From: Octopus sinensis
Lineage: Eukaryota
Assembly: GCF_006345805.1 (NCBI RefSeq)
Contig: NC_042999.1
Coordinates: 109,120,001 to 109,184,000, forward strand
Direction: 5' to 3'
Length of the DNA: 64,000 nucleotides
Shown: positions 27,051 through 39,133 of the stretch, one piece after another
How the letters are laid out: the number at the start of each line of letters is the position of its first letter
Numbering within the stretch: the first letter of the stretch is position 1
The notes under the pieces: generated by a model
Seen by the model: the letters and a program-made list of their open reading frames with translations, nothing else
Told to the model about the DNA's origin: nothing
Database searches by the model: none
Translations under genes and position numbers: made by a program

Positions 27051-28212
27051 CATGCACATAATATGTAGTGGATAATGATGACCATCTTTCATATTCTTTT
27101 TTGCTGCTGGTGTACTGTGATATGTTGAAAAGTAGATAATACAAGTGAGATCACTGATTAGGATAGCTGTATGGATTGGTTTACCTTTGACTGTTGTTAA
27201 AGTAAACCAATCAGTATTACAGTTCCAAAGAATAGGATGTAAAAAATTTAAGTGAAACTGGAAAATGAAGATACAGAGTATAGTGCTTAGGGAAAGATCT
27301 TTGGAAGCTGGACGTCAAGGGAGCATAATTTGTGGTATTATTTCTAATAATACCACAAATAATGAAAGGAATGAATACTGAGATGCCATCTTGATATTAG
27401 TCTGATTAAGTTTGTAATGGTGATCATAACGATGAAACTGTAATTGTGTAGGATAGATAAGAAAATAGGATTTTTTATTTATAGCATTGTCATGTTATTT
27501 TAACTTGTGAGCCCCGTTCATTATTTCAGTGTAAATTTTCTATGACACACTTCTGCTCAAAATAAATGCTAATTAAATTAGTACAGATTTCCAATTAATT
27601 TCCAGATTTTCAGACATGCACTGATGTGCGTGTGTGTGTGCGCACACGCGTGCATGTGTGTGTGTGCATGCATGTGTGTGCATGTGTGTTAATGTTTGCT
27701 TTCATATTCAGTCATAATTCAAAGAATTTTACATTAATCTGATGGGTTACTCTATACTGTTGTGGAGTACAAATTTATTATTCCTATACAAGAATATTAT
27801 TGACAGTGATTTCGAAGTTTCAGCCAGTTAAGCTATCATTGGTCTGTGATGCATTGAACTTAATCTTAGCTTATATTGGCTTGATTAATTTGAAATCTTC
27901 CATGGGTGTGAGGGTTTAACTGGAGTTGTAGTTACGTTTTAGGTTGGATTGCTATGAAGAGGTGCTTTCAAAAGATTTTTATTGATTAAATTAGGGATTA
28001 TGTTTAGAATTTATTCATATATGTGAAGCTTTGTAAGCAAGTATGAATATTTTAGTGTGTCCCTTTTGGTAGGTTGGTATAGGAAGTGTTAGTAGTTTTA
28101 GTTATTTTGAATTTTATTGGATTTTGAGACTTATTGCATTGACTTTGCAATGGTCAATAGTACAAAGTTTAATCCAGTATTTAAAAAATTATAATTAGAT
28201 ATTTTAAATTTT

Positions 28213-28615
28213 TTTATTCTTTTACTTGTTTCAGTCAGTTGACTGTGGCCATGCTGGAGCCCCATCTTTAGTTGAAGAATTCAGCCCCAGGACATATTCT
28301 TTGTAAGCCTAGTACTTATTCTCTCGGTCTCTTTTGCCGAACCGCTAAGTTACGGGGATGTAGGCACACCAGCATCAGTTGTCAAGCGATGGTGGGGGAA
28401 CAAACACAGACACACCAACACACACACACACACACACACACATACACACATACGACAGGCTTCTTTCAGTTTCCGTCCACCAAATCCACCCACAAAGTTT
28501 TGGTCGACTCTAGGCCATAGTAGAAGATACTTGTCCAAGGTGCCACGCAGTGGGACTGAACTCGGAACCATGTGACTGGTAAGCAAGCTACTTACCACAC
28601 AGCCACTCCTATGCC
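28213..28615 (-). mobile_element. tRNA-derived SINE family 1, near full length
   Basis: Reverse complement of the 52756 copy, including the head, the CA microsatellite and the tail. Confidence 0.9.
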
Positions 28616-28634
28616 TATATATATAATGTGTATG

Positions 28635-28675
<41 letters not shown>

Positions 28676-28677
28676 AT

Positions 28678-28880
28678 GAAGGTGGTGAGCTGGTAGAATT
28701 GTTATCATGCTAGACAAAATGTTTAGCAGCATTTTGTCCATCTTTATATTCTGAGTTCAAATTCTGTGGAGGTCGACTTTGCCTTTCATCCTTTCAGGGT
28801 CAATGAAATAAGTACCAGTTGACTACTGGGGTTGATGTAATTCACTTCTCTAGAATTGCTGGCTTTGTGTCAAAATTTGA
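28678..28880 (+). mobile_element. SINE family 2
   Basis: gagttcaaattc B-box-like motif and gactttgcctttcatcctttcagggtcaatgaaataagtaccag core. Confidence 0.85.
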
Positions 28881-29179
28881 AATCCGTGTGTGTGTGTGTA
28901 AGTGTTTTTCTCTAGTAGTTTCCTGTTTGATTTTGTTTTGTGCTATGGGGTATAATTTTTTGCAACAGCTTCATGTTGTAAATGCATGGTGGGACTGTTG
29001 ATGTATGAAGCTAATCATCTTTGGCAGGAAAGTTTATATGAATTCAGCCAGTACATTAGAAACAACACAGCCACCAAATATATTCAGTTCTTGAAAATGA
29101 TACTGTACAAATCTGGAGACCACAACTATGAATTTAAGAACTTTAATCTTTCAAACTAACAGTAAAAAGCAGAAAATTC

Positions 29180-29908
29180 AAGTAAGATGTGGCTGTGTTG
29201 TAAGAAGCTTGCTTCCCAACCACATGATTCTAGGTTCAGTTTCATCGGGTGGCACCTTGAGCAAGTGTCTTCTACTATTTCCTCATGCTGACCGAAACCT
29301 TGTGAGTGGATTGGGTAGAGGGAAACTGAAAGAAACCCATCATTATATATATATATATGCATGCATATATCTATATGAGTGTGTCTGTGTTTGTCCCTCA
29401 CCACTGCTTGGCAACCAGTGTTGATGTGTTTATGTCACATCAGCACTCAGCGATTTGACAAAAGTACTAGGCTTAAAAAAATAAGTTTTGGATTTGATTT
29501 GTTTGACTAAAACCTTTCAAAGCTGTTCCCCTGCTTAGCCGCAGTCAAATGATTGAAACATGTAAAAGATAAAAAGATAAAACTTGAACATAGTTGCATT
29601 ATTAATGAAACAGCTATAAAATAGGCACAGGAGTGGCTGTGTGGTAAGAAGGTTTCTTCCCAACCACATGGTTCTGGATACAAGTGTCTTCTATTATAGC
29701 CTTGTGAGTGGATTTGGTAGATGGAAACTGAAAGAAACCCATCGTATATATATATATATTATATATATATATATAGGAAAATGTGTTGCTGAAAATGCAT
29801 TTAAATTTCAAAAAGTCGTGAATGTTTAAAATACAGAAAATGCACTTAAATTTCAACAACACATTTTCCTATATATTTTTTCCTGCATGGAAACACCACT
29901 CCCTCTTT

Positions 29909-29967
<59 letters not shown>

Positions 29968-31050
29968 CGCATATATTTACATGTGTGTGCCATTGTGTCT
30001 GTGTTTGTACCCCCCCACCATCACTTGACAACTGATGTTGGTGTGTTTATGTCCCCAAAACTTAGTTTTTCGGCAAAAGAGTTCAATAGAATAAGTACTA
30101 GGCTTACAAAGAATAAGTCCTGGGGTTGATTTCTTTGACTAAAGGTGGTGGTTCAGTATGGCTGCAGTCAAACGACTGAAACAAGTAAAAGAGTAAAGGA
30201 GTAAAAAGAAAAGTTGTCCTCCATGTTTACAAACATGAAATTACATGATACAACAGTAAAAAATGTGAAGTGTATGATGGAATTCAGAGGGATATTGATT
30301 GAATGGCAAATACATGCAACAACTTAAGAGATTGAAAATATAGATGCCGAAATCATGTAGTTAAAAAAAGAAACTGATGAAAAAGTGGTAACATATTAAA
30401 CAATGTAGAAACAGTCCTTGATATAATACAGAATACACTCTCTATATATATTACATACAATAATAGAAAGAAAGCTAAGCAAACTATACAAAATAAAAAA
30501 TCACTCTGTCCATACATGAGAATAAATTCATTAACTTATCAAAATATACACTTAACATCAACCAAATCACAATCCTTAACTCAATACCAACTTTTCACCT
30601 ACTACCTAAATATGATTAAAGTAAGTTGAAATCAAACTACTGTAGCAAGACTTTAAAAACTTTAAAAAAAAAGTGTGGCTATGTTGTAAGAAGTTTGCTT
30701 TCCAACCACATTGTTCTGGGTTCAGTCCCACTGTGTGGCTCCTTTGGAAAGTGCTTTCTACTATAGCCTTAGGCTGACCAAAGCCTTGTGAGTGGAATTG
30801 GCAGATGAAAACTGAAAGAAGCCCATATACTAGATATGTATGCATCTTAAGTGTGTTTGTCTTTGTGTTTGTGTTTGTCCACCACCACCGTTCGATGACC
30901 AGTGTTGGTTTGCTTACATCCCTGTAACTTAGCAGTTCAGGAAGAGTAACTGATAGAATAAGTACAGACTTTAAAAACTAGAATGTACTGGGGTTGATTT
31001 GTTTCACTAAACCCTTCAAGGTGGTGCCCTGGCATGGCTGCTGTCTAAGT
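29180..31050 (+). mobile_element. Cluster of three SINE family 1 copies (29180-29580; 29624-30210, split; 30672-31050)
   Basis: Repeated head gtggctgtgtggtaag...aaccacatgg and body ccttgtgagtggatttggtagatggaaactgaaagaa. Confidence 0.85.
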
Positions 31051-31798
31051 AGGAGTGATAAAGTGTGTGTGTATATATGTATGGTGTGTATGTGTGTGTG
31101 AGAGAGAAAGAGGGAGAGAGAGAGAAAGAGAGAGAATGAAAGGAAGTGAGAAAGGGTGAGAGAGGGAGAGTAAGAGAATGAGAGAGAACAGTCTATCTGT
31201 GAGTTAGTAGATGAAACGTGTTGGTGAGTGAATCTTTGGTATCTAGTTAAATGGCCTTCTGTCTGAAAGCTACTCAACCAATTAAACCTTGTTCATACAA
31301 AAACAGATATACTGACATACATTCATAGAGCTAGTATAGCGGAAGGATTTAATGAAACTATTCAAACAGGCACATGGGCATAGCTGTGGTTCTAGGTTTG
31401 GTGCCATTGGAAAAATGTCTTTTTGTATATTCTTGGGAGTGGACTAACACTTTGTGATTAGAAATTGTGCAGAAATCCATCATACATACATACACACCTA
31501 CATTCATGCATATGCATATGTACATAGATACTGACATTCATACACACACATGCATATATATATATATACACATATATCATCATCATCATCCTCGTTTAAC
31601 GTCCACTTTCCATGCTAGCATGGGTTGGACGGTTCAACTGGAATCTGGGAAGCCCGAAGGCTGCACCAGGCCAGTCAGATCTGGCGGTGTTTCTACAGCT
31701 GGATGCCCTTCCTAACGCCAACCACTCCGTGAGTGTAGTGGGTGCTTTTTATGTGCCACCAACACAGGTGCCAGACGAGGCTGGCCAAGTAAAAATGT

Positions 31799-31841
<43 letters not shown>

Positions 31842-31878
31842 TATATATATCTATATATATATATATATATATAAAATA

Positions 31879-32204
31879 CAGTGTACATTTAAACACATTA
31901 AGAGGTATCCATTGTGCCAGAAGGAACAGCTAAAGTCCAAACCACTAATTAGGAATAAATTCTTGAAGGGAATGAAGAACAAAAACATTTACCATCTATT
32001 TTCTGGACCATGGTTTCTGACTTTTTTTAGCAAATAAAATAATTTGCCAGGCGAAGCTTTCATCAACAGGTATGCCAAGATTAAACATATAAACACGAGG
32101 CCAATACAGCACGTGCCTCTTGCTTATACATTTTAATTTTTTCAAATCCACTGCGTAAGGGAGTCCTATGATGGATACCTCTTAATGTGTTTAAATGTAC
32201 ACTG
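31879..32204. mobile_element. Tc1/mariner-like MITE, 326 bp
   Basis: Perfect TIR CAGTGTACATTTAAACACATTAAGAGGTATCCAT at both ends, flanked by TA. Confidence 0.85.
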
Positions 32205-32288
32205 TATTTTATATGAATAATATTTTTCTATATGCTAGGCCACTGGTAGTAAAAATTTCTAAAATCTTTATTACCCTGATATTATTAT

Positions 32289-32342
<54 letters not shown>

Positions 32343-34551
32343 ATATATATGTATATATATATATATGTATACATACACACACATTTATTCATACATTCAT
32401 ACATCCATACATCCACCCATACATATGTATGTACATATGTATTTATCTGAGTTCATATCTATGTTAATCTTTATACTGTTTTAAAAACTGATTTTCTTCA
32501 TATTGTTTCTTTATACAAAGCAGCTGAGCTATTAGAGATCAATAAAATAGGTATCAAATTGAAATATGCACTGATGGAAGGGGATATGATTGATTAAGTC
32601 TTTGAAAGCAGTGTCCCACCATGGGCAGCATACAATCAAATGACTGAAGCTGTAAAAGAATAGATTTTAAATTTGAAACCAAATCATTTTAATGAGATTT
32701 GTTTTTACTCTTTAGAATATATTCTATTACCTTAATTTTACCTTTACACTATTTACAGTAATTTTCTCTCTGCAATAATTTAATATTTTAGCAAACAGTA
32801 TAATATATTCCTTTATTTATTACATAGTTGGCAATCAAAGGTCAGAATATATATATAAGTGGTGTAGTTTTATGGCTGTAGAGTGAGTCTCTTTAATTAA
32901 TAATAGATCATATGTGAAACAAATATGCCAGCTGCAAATCAAAACTGAACCTGCTCTCCTTTCCTTTATTTACAAGACTACATTCAATTATTTTGTTGGT
33001 GAAATATATTATTATACATGGAAATCTACATTTTATTTTCAAAGAACATAAATTATAATTCTTGGCAAATATAGTTGGTGGCAATTTTAATTTATTTGTT
33101 CCTAATATTGAAATTCTATGGGATTTTATAAGAAAATTTTTCATTGTAAAATTGATATTTTTCTAAATTAATTTTTCTTAAATTTAACATCCTTTCATCA
33201 ATTCCTAAAGTCATTACAATAGATTATGTTCTTATTTTCTATTATTCTAATTTTCCTTAATATTTTATAAAACATCCAATTCGTGTTTGCATCTATAAAT
33301 TTAGATTATTGTGGAATTTTTAAAAAATAATTTCCCAATTGATTTTAAAGTGTAAGGAAAATGTCTTAAAACTAAAAACATATTGGCTACATATCAACAG
33401 ATATCAACCCAGCAGGTTTTCTGTGGTGTTTAATATCTAAATAACTAACAGTATGATGTACATTGAAAGAATGAAATTTCCAATTGTCTATATGATAGCA
33501 TAGACAAGGTATTGGATTTTTGTTGAGTAATTTTGCTTATCTTGTGAGAAATACTTATATTATGTAAGATTCCTTTGTTCTAAACATTTGTAAATAATAA
33601 TTGTTTGGCAGAATTGATAAAACAACAATATAAATACCTATATTTCAGTATTTCCACACATGTATATAAAATAGATAATAAATATTGGATATAGAGTATA
33701 TAAGTTTTTAACGCGCATGTTTATAATTTGCTAATTTACTTTCAGGCAGGATGACAAAATTTCCCAAGCCAAAAAAAAAAAAGTAACAAAAACAAACAAA
33801 AACACCCAGAATATGATATAAATAGGAAAACTAAAATTGAAGAAAGACTAGATTAAATAACAGAAAATTATGTGAAATGTGAGTAATAAAAGATAGATTG
33901 CTTTTACAGATGCTTTGAAACTTTTAACAAAAAAAAAAAGAAAAGAGAAATAGAAAAATGAGAAATAGCAGAAAAATTTGTACATGTTTAATTTATTCTA
34001 ACAAGGACATTTTCAATGAAAAATATGTCTTGTTTTTAAAACTTCATATATTTCAGCAATTTCTCATTTCATATTTTTCTGTTCTTTCATAGACTTCATT
34101 TTCAAACTAGAAAGTTTGAAAGTTTGAGAAACTTATTTGCAATATTACATTTGTATCTACAGAATTTAGTATTACACCTATATTTTAGACAAAGAAGATG
34201 ATAATTAAAGATTTATCTTATAATTACATTGAGCGAAATTGCCTCAATAAAATTATCGCTAGATGAACACCTAATGTTATAAAAATATATTGTATTTTTA
34301 TTTGAAGTTATATATTTGAGGCTACATAAGAAACCCATTTCTGTTTGAACCTTCTAATTTATTATTAAACTCTAATATCATATAGCTGAGATGGCTGTAT
34401 CTTAAATCTTATCAAAGCCATTTTGTGGTGTCCCTGGCCAAAGATGAAATCACTTTCACTCTTTATTTGTAGATGAGTGATTCGTGGAAAAAAATAGTAA
34501 TTAATAAAGTATTAAATATTTAAAGTGCTTTTCTTCTGCATTGTTTCATAG

Positions 34552-34579
34552 AGTTATAAAGCAAGGTACAGAAAGGAAG
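34552..34579 (+). CDS. Candidate 28-nt exon
   Basis: Acceptor gcttttcttctgcattgtttcatag and consensus donor AAG|gtgagt. Open frames: SYKARYRKE or VIKQGTERK. Confidence 0.3.
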
Positions 34580-34739
34580 GTGAGTTGCTCTAATTACTGT
34601 TTGATGCTTTTGTCAAGAAGGGCTTTACAGAGAACATCTACTGCTTCACTGAAAATCTCAGATAGACAGAAAACACGAGAGAGAGAGAAAGAGGAGTAGG
34701 GATTATACTAGAAAGTAATAGGTGTAGAAGGTAACTTTA

Positions 34740-35375
34740 TTTTTACTTGTTTTATTCATTTCACTGCGGCCATGCTGGGGCATCACTTTGAAGAATTTTA
34801 GTTGAAGAAATTGACTCCTGTAATTATTTAATTTTTTTCAAACCTGGTACTTATTCTACTGGTCTCTTTTGCTGAACACTAAGTTACGGGGGTGTAAATA
34901 CACCAACATTGTTGCCAAGCATTGGTGTGCAACAAACACAGGCAGAAAACATATGCACACATATATACGACAGGCTTCTTTCAGTTTCTCCCTACAAAAT
35001 CCATTCACAAGATTTTTATCAGCCCAGGCTATGACAAAAGACACTTGCCCAAGGTGTCACACAGTGGACTGCACGTGGAACTATGGGGATGGGAAATAAA
35101 CTTCTTACCACACAGCCATGCCTGTAGACAATAACATATTTTATATTACTAAAAAATACAACACTAATGAAAATAATTTTTATCAATAAATAATTGTTAT
35201 TAATTCATAGGCACAGGAATGGCTGTGTGGTAAGCAGCTTGCTTACCAACCGCATGGTTCTGAGTTCAGTCCCACTGTGTGGCACCTTGGGCAACTGTCT
35301 TCTGCTATAACCTCAGGCCGACCAAAATCTTGTGAGTGGATTTGGTAGACAGAAACTGAAAGAAGCCCATCATAT
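34740..35375. mobile_element. Two divergently oriented SINE family 1 copies (34740-35130 minus; 35208-35375 plus)
   Basis: Both heads are recognisable, in opposite orientations, about 80 bp apart. Confidence 0.85.
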
Positions 35376-35377
35376 TT

Positions 35378-35640
35378 CTATTATATAAAATCCATTCTGT
35401 CTGTCTGTGTGTGTGTCTTCTAGGATCTCAGGCATCTTTCATCCAATTGCGCTTAAATTTGATATGTAGATACTGACGGGATCAGGGCATGTATAAGTCT
35501 TGAAAAATTTACAAAAATCGATTCCAGGTGAGAATGCGATCGATAAAGCCATGGGAATGTGCATTTATAAAATCGTTTTTCTTGGAATAGAAAAAAAGTC
35601 TATCTTTATTTCTTCTTTTGCTGGTGTCTCAGATTTAGGT
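35378..35640 (+). mobile_element. Helitron/Helentron-like non-autonomous fragment
   Basis: tattatataaaatcc-(ctgt)n-(gt)n followed by catccaattgcgcttaaatttgatatgtag, a layout recalled for non-autonomous rolling-circle elements. Confidence 0.4.
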
Positions 35641-35812
35641 TAAATCAGTGATTCTCAAAAGGGAGGCCTATGGGACAGTTGGACATGTTGTCCTGAGAAA
35701 ATTTGGTTTAAATGTTTGACAACTCAGCACCGTCCATTGGATGGGGGTGGGGCGTTTTGCTTGTATATATATATTTATATATACGAGAAAGAAGCAACAA
35801 GAATGGATTGGT

Positions 35813-35903
35813 TTTTAGTACAATTGTTTCATACAAAGACAGGCTTTATTACAAGTTGCAAAAATTGCAGCAGATAAAAGTGTCCCGTACTCATCAGCTA
35901 AAA
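35813..35903 (-). ncRNA. Type I hammerhead ribozyme candidate (PLE-type, palindromic stem III)
   Basis: Minus strand: TTTTAG-CTGATGA-GTAC-(52 nt)-GTAT-GAAAC-AATT-GTA|CTAAAA. Stem I is 6 bp; stem II GTAC/GTAT is extendable; stem III is the palindrome ACAATTGT; predicted cut after GUA, between 35819 and 35818. Confidence 0.8.
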
Positions 35904-36132
35904 TACATTTGAGTTCTCTAGACATCTTAGTGGGTGAGGTTATACTCATGAAATATTGGAGATAGTTCCATTAGAGGCAGATATAGGTTGTAAACAGTTT
36001 TCCAAAGTTCCTTAATGATGATGCACAGTCTTATCACAGATTTTTAAAAGCTTATTAGTTTCGAAGAGAAGATGAATCAATCCATAGTGTAGATTTAAAT
36101 TTCCAGAGATATGAGGAGGATGATGCACAGAC

Positions 36133-36163
<31 letters not shown>

Positions 36164-36164
36164 T

Positions 36165-37060
36165 ATATATGTTTGTGTATCTGTGTTTGTATCCCCCACC
36201 ATCACTTGACAATCGATGCTGGTATGTCTATGTCCCCATGACTCAGCAGTTCAGCAAAAGTAACCAATAGAATAAGTACTACGCTTACAAAGAATAAGTT
36301 CTGGGGTTGATTTGTTTGACTAAAGGCAGTGCTTCAGCATGACCAAAGTCAAATGACTGAAACAAATAAAAGAGTAATTATTTTTAATATAGGCACAAGG
36401 CCAGCAATTTTGGGGGGATGGTGTTAGATGATTACATTGACTCCCAATGCTAGACTTGGTACTTAGTTTTATGAATACCAGAGTGGTGAAAGGCAAAGTT
36501 AATCTGAGTAGGATTTGAAAACAGAATGTAAAAGTCAGAACAAATATAGCAAGGCACTTTTTCTCTGCCAATCCAGCCTCTTTATAATTTTTATGAATAA
36601 CCACAACATAGTTGCAAGCATGGCTATGTGATAAGAAGTTTGCTTCCTAACCTCATGATTCTAGGTTCAATTTCACACATGACAGAGTGTAAGCACCCTG
36701 AGAGAAATGTTGGACATAAGAAGCATCGGATGTAGCATGCAAGAGAGACATTTGCGTTGGTATGGTCATGTACTATGGATGGATGAGGAGAGCTGTGTGA
36801 AGAAGTGCCACTCCCAAACAGTGGAAGGAATCCATAGTAGAGAGAAACCCAGGAAGACATAGGATGAGGTGGTGAAGCATGACCTTCGAATGTTGGGCCT
36901 CCAACATCGGTTGTCAAGTGATGGAGTGGGGACAAACACAGACACGCAAGCATATTCACACATATATATATATGGGCTTCTTTCAGTTTCTGTCTGCCAA
37001 ATCCACTCACAAGGCTTTGGTCAGCTTGAGGCTATAGTAGAAGACACTTGCCCATATCAC
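36165..37060. mobile_element. Mosaic of SINE 1 and SINE 2 pieces with an RTE 3' fragment (36683-36902)
   Basis: RTE motif ttgcgttggtatggtcatgtactatggatggatgaggag...gaccttcgaatgttgggcctc lies between SINE segments of both orientations. Confidence 0.75.
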
Positions 37061-37559
37061 ACCGACAATCAAATTCATTAATACAAGCTGGTATTCAGTA
37101 GAGGTAGCTGCTATAAATAAAATTGTCAAGTGATTAGTTTTGATAGTTTCTCCTTTTAGGGTCTTTACAGAAATTCCAAGTCACCTTGGGTGCAGACAAG
37201 TTTATATATAAATCAAGTTTTTCTATTGAAATGGACTATTTAGATAAGCTTATCAATTAATCAACAATTAATCACATTCTTTTACACATACATATATTTC
37301 TACATATGCACATATATAAGATATTCTTTGTATATACTAACAGCAGGTTCACATACACTGTCACACTTAATTATACATATATGCACATATATCTTGTACT
37401 GGTGCCCTCATGTGTCAGCTTGTTCATTTGTACACACACAAGAAAAAAATCAATATTTTAATATGCATGCCCTTAAATTGCCCCTGTGGATTCACATTTA
37501 CATTGTCACCTCACTAAATACACACACACACACACACGCGTGTTTGTGTGTTCGTCATT

Positions 37560-38880
37560 GTCTGCCAGGCAATAACAGATGAATTCAAGACAGGCTGTCT
37601 CTGGGAGCTCCTCTATGCTGGTGACCTTGTTCTTATAGCTGAATCACTTCCAAAACTAGAGAAGAAGTTTCAGGTATGGTCTAGAATTTAAGGGCCTTAG
37701 AGTTAACCTAGAAAAACCAAAGTCTAAGTAAGTATGAAAGCATACAGATCACAAATCCCCTCAGGCAAGTGGCCCTGCTTGATTTGTAGGAAAGACACAG
37801 GAAGAAATTACATAAGATGTACCTGGTGTAAGTTATGGATGCATAAGAGGCACAGCAATATCAGAGGAAGGTTGACAGGGGAGGTTGTGCATGCAGAAAA
37901 TAGGTTGTGCATAGGTACAATTAACACTAAAAACATGCAGAAAATTGATTCCATCAAATCCCAAGTGGCAGGGAGCTAGAAGTAGTTGACAGCTGCTGTT
38001 ATCTAGGTGACCAAGTCAGTAACAGTGCTAGATGCTCCAAGAGCATAGCTTCTAGAATAAGAATAGGTTGGGTAAAGTTCAGAGAGCTCTTTCTTCTATT
38101 GGTAACAAAGAGCCTCTCTCTCAGAGTGAAAGGCAGATTGTATAATGCCTGTGTGTGAACAGCCATGTTACACAGCAGTGAAACATGAGCTGTGACTGCC
38201 AAGGACATACATAGGATTGAAAGAAATGAAACTAGTATGCTTTGCTGGATGTGTAATGTCAGTGTGCATATACGACAGAGTGTAAGCATCTTGAGAGAAA
38301 AGCTGGGCATAAGAGGCATCAGCTGTGGTGTACAAAAGAGATGGCTACATTGGTATGATCATGTAATGTGTATGGATGTGGAGAGTTGTGTGAAGAAGTG
38401 CTGATCTCTACTAGTGGAAGGAAGCTGTAGAAGAGAAAGACCCAGGAAGACATGGGATGAGCCTGTGAAGCATGATCTTTAAATGTTGGGCCTCAGAGAG
38501 GCAATGGCTAGCGACCAAGACCTTTGGCAATATGCCATGCTTGAGAAGACCCATCAAGCCAAGTGAAATCAGAGCTGTGGTTGCTGTCGGTGTAACATAA
38601 CTGGCACCCATGCCAATGTCATGTAAAAAGCACCTTTCAAGCATCAGTCCTCACAGAGGTAATGTGGCTGATGCTGGTGTCATGTAACTAGCACCCATGC
38701 TGGTGGCATATAAAAAGGGAAGGGCATCTGACTGCAGAAACCATGCCAAATCAGACTAGGATCTGGTGCAGTCCCCAGTTTACTGGCCTTGGTCAAACTC
38801 TCCAACCCCGCAACCCATGCCAGCATCGACAACAAATGCCAAATGATGATGATGATGATGATGATGATGATGGTGATGAT
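37560..38880 (+). mobile_element. RTE-clade LINE, 5'-truncated, with Cys-rich insert and (GAT)n tail
   Basis: QAITDEFKTGCLWELLYAGDLVL (YADD mutated); PSGKWPCLICRK..GRNYIRCTWCKLWMHKRHSNI; SMLCWMCNV...LREKLGIRGI...RWLHWYDHVMCM; ends in (gat)n at ~38845-38880. Frameshifted. Confidence 0.92.
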
Positions 38881-38956
38881 ATATATATATATCTTCAGTA
38901 GTTCATATATCAAAACAATTAAGCACACTCTGAAACATAAGAGCAGTAAAATAATT

Positions 38957-39133
38957 TTTAGGAAGTTGATGTTATGGCTAGTCAGAGTGACCCTTGGTTT
39001 CACCTGTATAAAATGTTTAGCCATATAGGCAACTCATCAGACTCAGATAGCCGAGTCTTGTATACAGTTAAGTGCTTTATAGGTATGAAACAAATGGTCA
39101 CTCTCGGACTAGCCATAACATCAACTTCCTAAA
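38957..39133. repeat. 177-bp fold-back with ~50-bp arms enclosing a hammerhead core
   Basis: tttaggaagttgatgttatggctagtc-agagtgacc is inverted as ggtcactctcggactagccataacatcaacttcctaaa. Confidence 0.85.
38982..39047 (-). ncRNA. Type I hammerhead ribozyme candidate (weakened stem II)
   Basis: Minus strand: tctGAGT-CTGATGA-Gttgcctata...tatacaggT-GAAAC-CAAGG-GTC|ACTCtga. Stem I GAGT/ACTC; stem III ACC/GGT with an AAG loop; GUC cut site between 38989 and 38988. Confidence 0.6.

Noticed and set aside
30370-30420. CTGATGA...GAAACAGTC as a hammerhead
   Set aside because: No stem I or stem II pairing.
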